A DNA stretch of 64,000 bases, from contig CBDFLE010000006.1 of assembly GCA_965248925.1 (NCBI GenBank), positions 5,024,001 through 5,088,000 of the forward strand, written 5' to 3'. The DNA is from Candidatus Multivoradales bacterium (lineage in GTDB: Bacteria > Acidobacteriota > Thermoanaerobaculia > Multivoradales > J023). The notes beneath the pieces are model-generated. The model ran no database searches and was not told the origin of the DNA. It saw only the letters and a list, made by a program, of their open reading frames with translations. Numbering within the stretch: the stretch's first letter is position 1; the number at the start of each line of letters is the position of its first letter. Below are positions 47,474-58,180 of the stretch, one piece after another. Made by a program: the position numbers and the translations under genes.

Positions 47474-48301
47474 CTAGGACCGAGCCCCCAGGGCACCGCG
47501 GGATTCGGCGGCTCGCTCATTGACTCTGGCGAGAGCGTCGTTCAAGTCGACAACAGAACTGACCATGGCTCGATGGATGCCGCGGGCTTCTAAGGATCGC
47601 CGCAGAACCCGGAGGCAACTGTAGATTCTGCGGTAGAGCTGCTGGGTGCCGATGTCTAGTTTATCAGCGAGAGAACTGACTGTTTGACCACTGAAACGCA
47701 GCTCCAGAAGCAGGCGATCCTCAGCTTTGAGATCCCCCAGGGCCGAGGCCAGAGATCGTGCCAGGGTTCTGGCCTGGTTGGCTTGTTCAGGATCCCCGGC
47801 TCGACGATCACTGCGCTGCGGTGCAGGCAGCAAGTTCAGGCAGTCTTCGCCGATGTTCTTGGGCCGTTGTCGCAGGGGCAGGCTGGTCGCACAGGACTCG
47901 AGTTCGGCTCGCGACGCCCCCGGAGTCCGCTGATGTACCCATCTCACTGCCTCGGCCGGGGACATCTGGTCGCGATTGATCAGACGATCCAGCTCAGTCG
48001 CCATGGTGCCCAGTCGCCGGGACTGAGCGCATGGGCGCCATTTCCCCCACTTCTTTGTTCGATAGTCGAGCAGGAAACGATGGGCGACAACGGTGAGGTA
48101 GGTTCGGCGACTGCTGAGGCCGGAGAAGCTACGCAGCACTCGGCAGTCACTGTCCCATAGGCGCATCATCGCATACGAGTGGAGATCCTCCCGCTCGCCA
48201 GCATCGAGTCGTTGCCGGGCGCCAAGCCCTCGCAGAACGTCTTCAATTAGTGGTAACTGTTCCTCGAGCAGCAGGGCAGCGCTCATAGATGAGCTGGCCA
48301 T
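47474..48301 (-). CDS. Sigma-70/ECF-like factor with long insertion
   Basis: LRSFSGLSSRRTYLTVVAHRFLLDY (region 2) and LKAEDRLLLELRF..QLYRRI (region 4). Confidence 0.8.
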   Translation of the reverse strand: MASSSMSAALLLEEQLPLIEDVLRGLGARQRLDAGEREDLHSYAMMRLWDSDCRVLRSFSGLSSRRTYLTVVAHRFLLDYRTKKWGKWRPCAQSRRLGTMATELDRLINRDQMSPAEAVRWVHQRTPGASRAELESCATSLPLRQRPKNIGEDCLNLLPAPQRSDRRAGDPEQANQARTLARSLASALGDLKAEDRLLLELRFSGQTVSSLADKLDIGTQQLYRRIYSCLRVLRRSLEARGIHRAMVSSVVDLNDALARVNERAAESRGALGARS

Positions 48302-48654
48302 GGTCTTCCTCCTTCGGCTGGGCAGCGAGATTCGCTTCGCTCGCGCCGCACCTGCCGGAAAATGTTTTGTAGGTCCACAAGGGAGTCAACGCCTGGTCGC
48401 GGAGGACCGAACAGTTGGAAGGAACTTTCTGGGTCTCCACCCTGGCCCGTGGCCAGGGCCGAGAGAGGTTCGACTTGCTAGACTGCCGAACACTTCAGGG
48501 TGAATTCGGCTGGGTTGGGGCCGAGCAGAGTTCGCCGGCCAAGGGCTACAACTGCCGATGGGAGCCAACAAGCGGCGCCCGTTCACGGGCCGGCGCGGTT
48601 GCCCTGCCACTCTTGGCTTGGATCATCAAGGGACCTCAAGGAGGGGACTAGAAG

Positions 48655-49284
48655 ATGGGCCGCGGCTCGGAACTACAGGATAGCGACCAGGATCTCGGTC
48701 TTCGCAGCGTCGAGAGGCAGCTGGTTGGGCACACCACCCTGCGGCTCCTGGAGCAGGTGCGGTTGGGCGATCAACAAGCGCGAGAGGCATTGTGCAGTCG
48801 TTTCTTGGCTCCCTTGCAGGGCTGGGCTCGCGGTCAGCTGCCGATTTGGGCGCGGCGGCGCTTCGACACCGACGATCTGGTCCAGGAGACCATGCTGAGG
48901 ACTCTGCGCCGGATCGAGGATTTTGAACAGCGGCGCCAAGGCGGCTTGCTGGCCTACTTGCGCCAGATCCTTCGCAATCTCATCCGCGACGAGATCAGGC
49001 GGCTGAAACGTCGGCCGACTCCGGTGGATACGGAGCGCGACGCGGAGTCACCCGAGCCAACGCCTCTGGAGCTGGCCATCGGCCGTGACGGCTTGCAGCG
49101 TTTCGAGTCAGCTTTGGCCACTTTGAGTGATTCAGATCAGGAAGCGATCATCGCTCGGGTCGAACTTGGATTGAGTTACCGCGAGATCGCCGAGCACCTA
49201 GGCAAGCCAAGTGCCGATGCTGCTCGCATGGCAGTCAGCCGGGCATTGTTGCGTTTAGCCAAGGGAATGGGGCACGGTGGCTGA
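48655..49284 (+). CDS. ECF RNA polymerase sigma factor
   Basis: DTDDLVQET, YLRQILRNLIRD and GLSYREIAEHLG..AARMAVSRAL. Confidence 0.92.
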   Translation: MGRGSELQDSDQDLGLRSVERQLVGHTTLRLLEQVRLGDQQAREALCSRFLAPLQGWARGQLPIWARRRFDTDDLVQETMLRTLRRIEDFEQRRQGGLLAYLRQILRNLIRDEIRRLKRRPTPVDTERDAESPEPTPLELAIGRDGLQRFESALATLSDSDQEAIIARVELGLSYREIAEHLGKPSADAARMAVSRALLRLAKGMGHGG

Positions 49285-51757
49285 GACTCAGTGGCTTCTC
49301 GATCTTGCGTCCGGCGTGGGTGATCAACGGCCGGTGAGCTGGGCCGCTGCCGAGGCGCAGTCTCATTCCCAGCAGGACCGCGATGTGGTGCGAGCGCTAG
49401 CTCTGATTGCCCAGATCTCAAGCGCCTGCCAGACACCTCCGAAGCAGACGGGCGATTCGGCGATTGGGATCTCTAGTGGTGAACTGGGTCGCTGGAAAGA
49501 TCTCGAACTACTGGAGAAGGTCGGCGAAGGAGGTTTTGCGCAGGTCTACCGGGCTCACGATCTACAGCTCGACCGGCAAGTGGCGCTGAAGCTCTTACTC
49601 TCGGACCCTGCGGGTTCAAGCACGCTGGACACGGTGCTGCAAGAAGCCCGTTTGCTGGCCAAAATTAGACATCCGAACATCGCCAATGTCTTCGGTGCGG
49701 CAGAATCCGAGGGTCGGGTCGGATTCTGGATGGAGTTTGTTCGTGGCCAGTCACTGGCGGTCTTGCTCAGCGAGCAAGGACCCTTGAGCGCCCGGGAGAC
49801 AGCTTTGATCGGCATCGATCTCTGCGGCGCGCTGGCGGCGGTACATGGCCAGGGCATCGTCCATCGTGATGTGAAAGCGGACAATGTGATGCGCGAGGAG
49901 GGGGGGCGGATTCTGTTGGTGGACTTCGGCATCGGCCGAGATCTGGAGCAGGAAGAACACCCTGGCTCCCTCTCCGGCACGCCGCTCTACCTGGCTCCTG
50001 AGATTCTGGCCGGTGGCCCTGCGACTGCGAGTTCGGATATCTACAGTCTTGGGGTCTTGCTGTTCCAGCTGGTGAGCAGCCGGTTCCCGGTCGAAGGTGA
50101 TGATCTCGCGGGCATTTGCGACCGTCACCGGAAAGGTCGCAGACAGCGCCTCCGCGACCTCCGCCCCGATCTGCCTCTCGGCTTCGAAACCGCGGTCGAT
50201 GGTGCTCTAGCGGCCGACCCTGCTGAGCGTTTCGAGACCGCTGGCCAACTACAAGAGGCTTTGGGACGGACCCTGGAGCTAACTCCGGCTGCTGCTTCGG
50301 CGGTTGTACGGAAGCCCACAAGAGATCTTCTAGTCCGCTGGGTTTATGCTGTCGCCTGCTTGATCTTGCTCCTGCTAACAACCTGGACTTTTTGCGCTGT
50401 CCGCTACCGGGCGTCACCGTTGGCGGTGATGAACTATCTCCGGGCTGAGACTGCCTATCGCCAGGATTCTATCGAGCGCTCGCTGCGGTTGATGGACAGA
50501 AGTCTCGAGTCAAGTCCTCGGTTTGTCCGAGCGCAGCTCAAACGGAGTGTCTATCTGACCGCCCTCGGTCGGCATGTCGAGGCTCGGCAGGGAGCCCGCC
50601 AGGCCTACGATTTGCGACAGTATGCAGGCCCGCGAACAGCCTCCATGGTCGAGCACAACTTCTTTGTCCTGCAGCTCGATTTCCAGCAAGCGATCGACAG
50701 TTTGCTCGAGTTGCCGGCCAACCACGACGATCCATTCGCCCAACGCCAGCTGGCTACCCAATACAGCAAGGCTGGCAAGTTGCCGGATGCGCGGCGGGCG
50801 ATCGAGCGGGCGATTCAACTGGATCCCGAGGACTTCAAGAATCTTGGCCTCAAGCTCATCCTCTTGGTGGAGGACGGGGAGCCTGAGTTGGCAGTGGATC
50901 TCTTCGAACAGCATCGACAGCGAATCTCACAGCAGGCCGGGGGCTTCTATCTCTACTGGGGTGCTGGCCTTGCCCAATTGCATCGCGGTCAGAGTGCTGC
51001 CGCGGAGCAGCTCTTCAACCTGATGAAGGCAGGTGGTGGCCCCTACGCCGAGAATGCCCAGTCGCTCCAGGCGCGGCGGTTGATGCTCGACGGGAAGCTC
51101 GAGGAAGTCCTCGATTTCCTCGATCGCAACGCGGCAGGGATTCCGCCAGACATTGTTCATGTCGACCGCAGTACCGAGGCCCTGTGGCGGGCCTGGATCC
51201 ACTTCCTCCTAGGCGACCCCCAGGAGGCGGCCGGCGCTCTAGAGGAGATGCTCTCGGGGCTGGATCGGGCCGCCCCTATTCATGCGCGGAAAATTCGCGA
51301 TGCGGCCTTCCTCTTCTTGCATATCGGGGATCGCGATGCGGCCGAGGAATTGCGCCAAGTGCTTGAGAGTCTGCCGAGTGAGAGTATCCTGATCCAGGCC
51401 TTTCAGGACCAAATCGAGGGACTCCTGGCGGCGGGTGCGGGGGAGCACCAGAGAGCGACAGACCTGCTGCGCAGCGCGCGCAAGCTTCACCGGGACGGGT
51501 TGATTTTGTGGTCCTTGGGGCGGCACTACGAGGTCCAAGGTGAATTCACCAAAGCAGCACCGGTTTTTCAGGAATTGGTCGATATGAAGGGGCGTTTATT
51601 GCGCCACAACGAATTTATCGGCCTGTGGCCGTTGGCCAACCTTCGCCTGGCCCGTTGTCAGCGTGAACTCGGCCGCGAGGCCTCGGCGGCGGCCAGTTAC
51701 CGGGCATTCCTACAGTCTTGGGGTAGCCTGTCGTTGCCCGCCGATTGGGTTTCTTGA
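49277..51757 (+). CDS. Ser/Thr protein kinase with TM helix and TPR repeats
   Basis: GEGGFAQV, VALK, HRDVKADN, DFG and YLAPE; TM helix; TPR-like C-terminal half. Overlaps the sigma gene. Confidence 0.93.
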   Translation: MAETQWLLDLASGVGDQRPVSWAAAEAQSHSQQDRDVVRALALIAQISSACQTPPKQTGDSAIGISSGELGRWKDLELLEKVGEGGFAQVYRAHDLQLDRQVALKLLLSDPAGSSTLDTVLQEARLLAKIRHPNIANVFGAAESEGRVGFWMEFVRGQSLAVLLSEQGPLSARETALIGIDLCGALAAVHGQGIVHRDVKADNVMREEGGRILLVDFGIGRDLEQEEHPGSLSGTPLYLAPEILAGGPATASSDIYSLGVLLFQLVSSRFPVEGDDLAGICDRHRKGRRQRLRDLRPDLPLGFETAVDGALAADPAERFETAGQLQEALGRTLELTPAAASAVVRKPTRDLLVRWVYAVACLILLLLTTWTFCAVRYRASPLAVMNYLRAETAYRQDSIERSLRLMDRSLESSPRFVRAQLKRSVYLTALGRHVEARQGARQAYDLRQYAGPRTASMVEHNFFVLQLDFQQAIDSLLELPANHDDPFAQRQLATQYSKAGKLPDARRAIERAIQLDPEDFKNLGLKLILLVEDGEPELAVDLFEQHRQRISQQAGGFYLYWGAGLAQLHRGQSAAAEQLFNLMKAGGGPYAENAQSLQARRLMLDGKLEEVLDFLDRNAAGIPPDIVHVDRSTEALWRAWIHFLLGDPQEAAGALEEMLSGLDRAAPIHARKIRDAAFLFLHIGDRDAAEELRQVLESLPSESILIQAFQDQIEGLLAAGAGEHQRATDLLRSARKLHRDGLILWSLGRHYEVQGEFTKAAPVFQELVDMKGRLLRHNEFIGLWPLANLRLARCQRELGREASAAASYRAFLQSWGSLSLPADWVS

Positions 51758-52003
51758 GATTCGAGGTGGAAAAACGCTCATGGGTCCGTCTATGAGAGCG
51801 AACGAAGTGCCAAGCCGCTAGTCAGTGGCGCGGCATCACAACTTATTCCTGGGGCTAGGGACTAGTCTGAGCCTTGCGGGACCAGCAAGCTTGGCGTTGC
51901 GGGGACTCTGAGAGGTTTGATGCAGGCACGCTGTGAAAGCATGTCGCTCATTGCGAGGCTCGCGGCTGGTCACCGGCTACCACGGCGAAAAAGGAGACTG
52001 ATA

Positions 52004-52795
52004 ATGGCGATAGAAACCAGCGGGGGAATCTGGACCGCAGTGGGGCGGCTCTGTATTGATGACGATTTTGCGGCAACTCTGTTCGGAGTCACCAATAGCA
52101 TAAGTCAGCCAAGACCCACGACAGCGGACAGTGAGAGTCTTAACCGACTGCTGAATGAGGATCTTGGGTTTGCGATCGATTTGGATTCTTCCGTCTATTT
52201 TCATATCCTGGTATGGAAGTTGAGGAATTTTCTTGGCAGTACAATCGAGAAGGTGCAGCAACGGTATGCCTTGGCTCTTGGTTCGAACCGGTTGTCGGAC
52301 GTGGTGCGGTCGAGCAATTTCTACGCTGCTGTCGGGCTAGCGTGCATCGACGGAATCTATCGCGATGAGTTGGAAAAAGGTGCTGCCACTCGTGCTGCGT
52401 TCGAAGCGGCGCTTGCTAAGTCTCCCGGTTTTTTGCCTGAAACCCTCGAATTGCCTGTTCTACACGCCTTGTTTGTGGATGCTGGATTCCGTGACGCGAT
52501 TCAAGAGACACACGACAAGGGATGGAGGGATCCGGAAATTCCGAAGTCAGCTTGGCCGAAAAAATGTAAGCAAGCCCTGCGCTTTTCGAGTGAGTACATC
52601 TATATCGACACACCGATGGTGATCAACATGGTCCATTCGCTCTATTTGAGCCTCAATAGTTCTACCGATCCTGACCCGGCGGCGATGCGCGAAAAACTGG
52701 TGGCGATTCACTCCGCCGCTGAGATTCTAGAGGACCCCAAGGAGCAAGTGCGGGTCTTGGCCGAGGCGGTAGGGTTCGATCCCACCGAGCTCTAG
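52004..52795 (+). CDS. Hypothetical protein with an internally duplicated helical domain
   Basis: AAGGAG RBS before ATG at 52004; repeats AVGRLCIDDDFAATL and AVGLACIDGIYRDEL. Confidence 0.75.
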   Translation: MAIETSGGIWTAVGRLCIDDDFAATLFGVTNSISQPRPTTADSESLNRLLNEDLGFAIDLDSSVYFHILVWKLRNFLGSTIEKVQQRYALALGSNRLSDVVRSSNFYAAVGLACIDGIYRDELEKGAATRAAFEAALAKSPGFLPETLELPVLHALFVDAGFRDAIQETHDKGWRDPEIPKSAWPKKCKQALRFSSEYIYIDTPMVINMVHSLYLSLNSSTDPDPAAMREKLVAIHSAAEILEDPKEQVRVLAEAVGFDPTEL

Positions 52796-54292
52796 CAGCC
52801 CGTGGTGAAAGTCCCGATTACGGCCGTCTTGGCGATCTTCCCTGGTAGAATCTTTCCACCCGAGGGAGGTAGCGACCATGGCGATGGGCAGGCGAAGCAA
52901 ACGAAGACAGCGGCAGCTCTGGGTGGAAACCCAGGCGCTGGCCAAGTCCCCAGGACATCCTTTCTACGAGCGTCTGTCCAAGATTCTCGACAAGCACGGT
53001 TTCGATCGCTTTATCGAGGAGCAGTGCGCGAGGTTTTACGCTACGAGGATGGGACGGCCTTCGCTGGCGCCCGCGGTGTATTTTCGGTTGCTGTTGATCG
53101 GCTTCTTCGAGGGTATCGACTCTGAGCGAGGTATCGCATGGCGGCTTGCGGATTCGATGACTCTGCGCGACTTTCTGGGCTTCGAACTCTCGGACCAGAC
53201 CCCGGACCATTCGACGCTCTCTCGGACCCGTCGCCTGATCGATCTCGAGACCCATGAGGCGGTGTTTGCTTGGGCTTTGCAAGTACTGGCGAAGGCTGGC
53301 TTGCTCCGGGGAAAGACGCTGGGCATCGATGCGACGACCCTCGAGGCGAACGCGGCGATGCGCAGCATCGTGCGTCGAGACTCGGGCGAGAGCTACGAAG
53401 AGTTTCTCACGCGCCTGGCCGAGGCTTCGGGTGTGGAGACCCCGACGCGAGCGGATCTGGCGCGTTTTGACCGCCAAAGGAAGAACAAAAAGACGTCGAA
53501 CGGCGACTGGAAGAACCCCCACGATCCCGACGCCAAAGTCACGCGAATGAAGGATGGGCGGACGCATCTGGCGCACAAAGCCGAGCATGCGGTGGATATG
53601 GAGACGGGTGCGGTTGTGGCGGTGACGGTGCAACCTGCAGACCGAGGGGACACGTCGAGCCTAGAGCGGACGTTGGATGAAGTCGCTGCGGTGCTGGAAG
53701 ATGTCGTTGAGGATTCGGAGGCTGGCGATCACTTGAGCGAGAAAGTCCGTTCAGAGCTGGTGGCTGACAAGGGCTATCACAGTAACGCGGTCATGAAGGC
53801 ACAGCGTCAAGGGAAGATTCGAACCTATATTTCGGAACCGGATCGAGGCCGACGCAACTGGTGCGGCAAAGAGGCGGAGAAGCAAGCGGTGTATGCCAAC
53901 CGTCGACGGATCAAGGGTCGTCGAGGCCGCGAGCTGTCGCGGCGTCGAGGAGAGAAAGTAGAACGCACCTTTGCCCATTGCTACGAGACTGGCGGTATGA
54001 GAAGGACCCACCTTCGAGGTCACGACAACATCCGCAAAAGGTTGCTGATTCACATCGCGGGATTCAATCTTGGGCTGCTGCTTCGTCAAATGTATGGAGC
54101 CGGCACTCCACGGGCCCTTCAGGGCTTTCTTTCGGCTCTCGAACAGGGCTTTCGCGCCGTATATAGCTTGCTGAGCTGGCTTCTGCCGCACGAGAGCGGA
54201 TATTGGCCACTAAGATCTTCGATCAGACCACCTGCGCCGGCTGGCCTCAATTTAGGCCACATTTTGTAGAAACGGACTTCTGCCACGGGCTG
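52796..54292 (+). mobile_element. IS1182/IS5-like insertion sequence inserted at the stop codon of the upstream gene
   Basis: IRs CAGCCCGTGGTGAAAGTCC and GGACTTCTGCCACGGGCTG; CTAG duplicated at 52792-52795 and 54293-54296. Confidence 0.92.
52878..54269 (+). CDS. IS1182-like DDE transposase
   Basis: GRPSLAP, PDHSTLSR, IDATTLEANA, ADKGYHS and RRGEKVERTF motifs. Confidence 0.92.
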   Translation: MAMGRRSKRRQRQLWVETQALAKSPGHPFYERLSKILDKHGFDRFIEEQCARFYATRMGRPSLAPAVYFRLLLIGFFEGIDSERGIAWRLADSMTLRDFLGFELSDQTPDHSTLSRTRRLIDLETHEAVFAWALQVLAKAGLLRGKTLGIDATTLEANAAMRSIVRRDSGESYEEFLTRLAEASGVETPTRADLARFDRQRKNKKTSNGDWKNPHDPDAKVTRMKDGRTHLAHKAEHAVDMETGAVVAVTVQPADRGDTSSLERTLDEVAAVLEDVVEDSEAGDHLSEKVRSELVADKGYHSNAVMKAQRQGKIRTYISEPDRGRRNWCGKEAEKQAVYANRRRIKGRRGRELSRRRGEKVERTFAHCYETGGMRRTHLRGHDNIRKRLLIHIAGFNLGLLLRQMYGAGTPRALQGFLSALEQGFRAVYSLLSWLLPHESGYWPLRSSIRPPAPAGLNLGHIL

Positions 54293-54645
54293 CTAGTAGG
54301 TTGGGCCTGCCATGCGGTGCTGGTTGTAATTACTATCCTTGGCGCATGGCAGATCCCATCACCTCGCAGACCTTCTCTAACTACCTCTGATCCTGCTGCT
54401 CGATGCGGCTCGCTGGCTGCTCGACGAGCGGCTGTTCTCGGCCCCCGGCAACCCGTGCTACGCCGGCCAGTGAATTCAGCATGTTCCTCGTCTTGGCCGT
54501 GCAGTTGGGCCGTCTCCGACCTCGGAGCTGGTTGGCGGGCAGCCCGGCGCTGGCGACCTGCTGCAATTCTCTGCGCTGCTATGCTGCGGACTTTCTTACG
54601 CACTCGTCGTTGCCAGATCTTCTCGCCATTAGCCAGGAGCCAGAT

Positions 54646-56004
54646 ATGCCGAAAGCCTCCGCCGTGGCCTTGTTGGGTTGTCTCTTATCGTTGGTAGCCG
54701 TCCGCTTGCCGGCCGAGCCAGCCCAAGGGAGGGTGATTAATGGCCCCGCCGCGGTGCTCGATCAGCGCCAGCGTCCCGCCCAGATCAACCGCTTGCTACG
54801 CGATCGGCTCGATCACTTGCTGCCGCGGTTGATGCGCCAGGCAGGGATCGACTTGTGGCTGGTGATCAACCGCGAATATGCTGAAGATCCGGTGTATTTC
54901 ACCTTGGTGCCGGAGCCGGTGTTCGCCGCTCGCCGCACCACCATGCTGGTGTTTCATGACCGTGGCGTTGAGCGGGGCGTCGAGCGCCTGACGGTCAGCC
55001 GCTATCCGCTGGCGGACTTCTACGACAAGGTCTGGGAGGGTGGTGATTTGGAGCAGCAGTGGCAACGCCTCGGCGAGCTGTTGAGCGAGCGCCAGCCGCG
55101 TCGGATCGGTATTGATGTTAGCCGCCATTGGCCGGTGGCCGATGGCCTCACAGCTAGCTTGCGAGATCGCCTGCTCGAGGTACTGCCCGAGGGTTTCGAA
55201 GATCGCTTGGTGAGTGCCGAAGAGCTGGTGATCCGCTGGACCGAAACCCGCAGCGAGCTCGAGCTGGAGATCTATCCGCAGATCGTGGCGATCGCTCGCG
55301 GGGCGGTCGCCGAGGCTTTTTCCGCGCGGGTGATCACCGCCGGCGTGACCACCACCGACGACGTGGCCTGGTACATCCGCCGCCGCTTCGACGAGCTCGA
55401 TCTGCCGATCTGGTTCATGCCCGATGTCAATGTTCAGCGCGCCGGCGAGCAGTGCGCAAAAGAGAGCGATTTCTGTGGCGAGGAGGGTCTGATTGGTCGC
55501 GGCGATGTGCTTCACACTGATGTCGGTATCTGCTATCTGCGCCTGTGCACCGACACCCAGGAGATGGGCTATGTTCTGCGCCTCGGCGAATCCACGGTGC
55601 CGGCCGGACTGCGGCACGCTCTAGCCACCGGCAATCGCTGGCAAGATCTCTTCACCGCCGAGTTCGTCAGCGGACGCAGCGGCAACCAAATCCTTGCCGC
55701 GGCCCGAGCCGCCACTACCGCCGCAGGTATCAACCACCGCATCTACACCCATCCGCTGGGCAACTTCGGCCACGCGCCGGGCCCCACTATCGGCATGTGG
55801 GACAACCAAGGGCCGACCCCGGTGCGCGGAGATTGGCCGCTTTACGCCAACACGGTTTACGCCATCGAGGGCAACGTCAAAGCCGAAGTGCCCGAGTGGG
55901 ACGGCCAGCTGGTGCAGATCAAACTCGAACAGGACGCGGTCTTCGACGGTCGGCGGGTGATCTATTTGGCCGGTCGCCAAACCCGTTGGCATCTGGTGCG
56001 CTGA
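54646..56004 (+). CDS. M24 family (Xaa-Pro aminopeptidase-like) metallopeptidase, exported
   Basis: AGGAG RBS and signal peptide; metal ligands HTDVG, TDTQE, HPLGNFGH, IEGN and LEQD. Confidence 0.9.
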   Translation: MPKASAVALLGCLLSLVAVRLPAEPAQGRVINGPAAVLDQRQRPAQINRLLRDRLDHLLPRLMRQAGIDLWLVINREYAEDPVYFTLVPEPVFAARRTTMLVFHDRGVERGVERLTVSRYPLADFYDKVWEGGDLEQQWQRLGELLSERQPRRIGIDVSRHWPVADGLTASLRDRLLEVLPEGFEDRLVSAEELVIRWTETRSELELEIYPQIVAIARGAVAEAFSARVITAGVTTTDDVAWYIRRRFDELDLPIWFMPDVNVQRAGEQCAKESDFCGEEGLIGRGDVLHTDVGICYLRLCTDTQEMGYVLRLGESTVPAGLRHALATGNRWQDLFTAEFVSGRSGNQILAAARAATTAAGINHRIYTHPLGNFGHAPGPTIGMWDNQGPTPVRGDWPLYANTVYAIEGNVKAEVPEWDGQLVQIKLEQDAVFDGRRVIYLAGRQTRWHLVR

Positions 56005-56190
56005 AGCGGCTAGCTGCTCCAGTCTTCAAGCTGTGAGCTTCTGACGCGCCTCACCTAATTCGGACTTCGACTGGCAACACAACCCCGATAGCGGCAGGTG
56101 CCGCCCCAAGAAAGTCCGAGTAAGCGGCACCGGCTGGCTAGCGATCGCAACCTAAGGGACTATCACCGACTGGTAGTCTTGAGGATTGAT

Positions 56191-57463
56191 CACTGCTGTC
56201 CCGTTAACTTCCGACGATTACCAGTTGTCTTTCGTCTAGTCCTGGGATCGGCGGCGGCTCTCGTTTCAAGAGGGCCATGAGGTCGCGGCGCTCAAAGAGG
56301 TTCAATTGAAGGAGGCGCAAGGCCTCCCGTAAACTACTGGAAAGACGGTGCTTGTGCTTGATGAAAGCGAGCAATAGGTAGACGCACATGGCGATCCAAA
56401 GCTGAGTCAGCACGGCGTTGCGGCTGGTGCCGACGAAAGTCTTGATCTTCAGATTCTGCTTGATCCACTTGAAGAAGAGTTCAATTTGCCAACGTTCGTG
56501 GTAGATATCGGCAATGGTCTGAGGTGACAGGCGGAACAGGTTCGTCAAGAAATAGTAGATCTTGCCGGTCTCAGGGTCGCGATAGCCTACTCTCCGCAGA
56601 GGCATCGGGCAGTCACGACACGCCTTCACACCGGTCCATTCGATCGTTTGGTCGCTCATCAAACCCTTGGAACGATTGACTCTTCGACGTTCGGTCACGC
56701 GGTACTTGGCCCCGCGCTTCAGACGGGTCACAAAGAAAAGACCCTTCTCGCTCAGCTGACGAAACCAGCTGTAGCTGTTGTAACCACGATCACAAGCTAC
56801 GATGCTTCCTCGTGGCAGCGTCAGGCTCTTGCAGCCCGCGATGTCACCTGTTTTTCCATCCGAGATCGCAACGAAGGCAGGCAAGTAGCCACCGTGATCC
56901 AACCCCACATGCAGCTTGATCGCTCCCTTGGTCGTACGAAACTTCGCCCATGGGAATATCGACAGACAGAGGTCTATCACCGAGGCGTCAAGCGAGAACA
57001 AGCGGTTCTTGAACCGGAACGTATGCTTGGGCGCCACTGCCTGAGCATGCCCCAGAAGTCTCCCAAATAGCTCTTCAAAAAGGAGATAGGGCTTCTCTTC
57101 GTTGATCCGTGCCAAGTTAGATCGCGACAGGACTCGGCAGCCGAGATGGTAGAGCTTGTGCCGCTGCGCTCGTAGATTGTCAACGATGTCGCGCAAGCTA
57201 GAACGCCCGGACAGCTGGGCCATCATCAGAGCCACCAGCTGCGACCAGCGGCTCGCAGTGCGGAACTGGCGACCGGCGTGGTGGCGTTTTGCGAGGGCCT
57301 CGAATTCATGTCTCGAAATCAGTTGCAGTAGCTGGGCGAAGACGGTGCTATGATGTGCCAAGGCTCAGATCTCCCTTTGATTCAGCCGTTTAGCGATGAC
57401 TGATTCTATCAAGACCAGGGAGGTTTGAGCCTATTTTTCTGCGAAGTTAACGGGACAGCAGTG
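56191..57463 (-). mobile_element. IS4-family insertion sequence, copy 2 (1273 bp)
   Basis: Same IRs and identical transposase to copy 1; 9-bp target duplication AGGATTGAT. Confidence 0.96.
56204..57361 (-). CDS. IS4-family transposase
   Basis: Protein identical to 13081-14238. Confidence 0.95.
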   Translation of the reverse strand: MAHHSTVFAQLLQLISRHEFEALAKRHHAGRQFRTASRWSQLVALMMAQLSGRSSLRDIVDNLRAQRHKLYHLGCRVLSRSNLARINEEKPYLLFEELFGRLLGHAQAVAPKHTFRFKNRLFSLDASVIDLCLSIFPWAKFRTTKGAIKLHVGLDHGGYLPAFVAISDGKTGDIAGCKSLTLPRGSIVACDRGYNSYSWFRQLSEKGLFFVTRLKRGAKYRVTERRRVNRSKGLMSDQTIEWTGVKACRDCPMPLRRVGYRDPETGKIYYFLTNLFRLSPQTIADIYHERWQIELFFKWIKQNLKIKTFVGTSRNAVLTQLWIAMCVYLLLAFIKHKHRLSSSLREALRLLQLNLFERRDLMALLKREPPPIPGLDERQLVIVGS

Positions 57464-58180
57464 AGGATTGATACACCACACTTGATTGGGCTGGCTGCAA
57501 GTCCGCCAATCCAACAGGGTGGTTGGTTCTGTCTTGACCTCGAATTTCTCGGCGGCGGCACCCTGTGGATGGGTGTAGTTGTTGAAGTTCGACTTCAGCG
57601 TTGGCATCACTTGCAGCCATTCGCTGTAGTCCATGGGGGGGGAATTCATCGCTATATCTCAGCCAGCCATCGGCCGGGCAGCTGGCGATGTATTGGTTGC
57701 GGAGCAGCATCCAATCGCGGAGGTGTTTGAAGTGGTTGGTCGCCGGCCGGGGGGTGCCAATCATGGCTACGGCTTGCTGGTTGTTGAGCAGGGTGCTGTC
57801 GACCACGCGGATGGCGCTGGAGGAGATGCCCTGAACGCCGGTGACATTCCCTTCGAGGTGACATTCGGCGACCCAAGTGCTGGGGTCCACAACCGGGTTG
57901 GCCCACAGCGGCCAGGAATCGTTGGCTTCGAAGTAGATGCCCGCACCTTGGTTGTTGGTGATCGAGCAGCCTTCGATGGCCAATGCCTGATTCTCGTAGT
58001 CGAACCAAAGACCGTTGCCGTAGTTGCCGTCGGCGATGATGTCGACCACATGTCCTTGGGCAAGCTTGCGTACTTGGCACCGGTGGTGGCGTTGCCGATC
58101 ACCCCGGCCTGGCGTCCGCGCCAGTTGTTGCGCGAAAACTCTTCGCCGATTACCGCGAAGTCGCGGGCGCTGCCCAGAGT

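Noticed and set aside
13068-57463. Composite transposon bounded by the two IS4 copies
   Set aside because: Each copy has its own matching 9-bp target duplication, so they are independent insertions.
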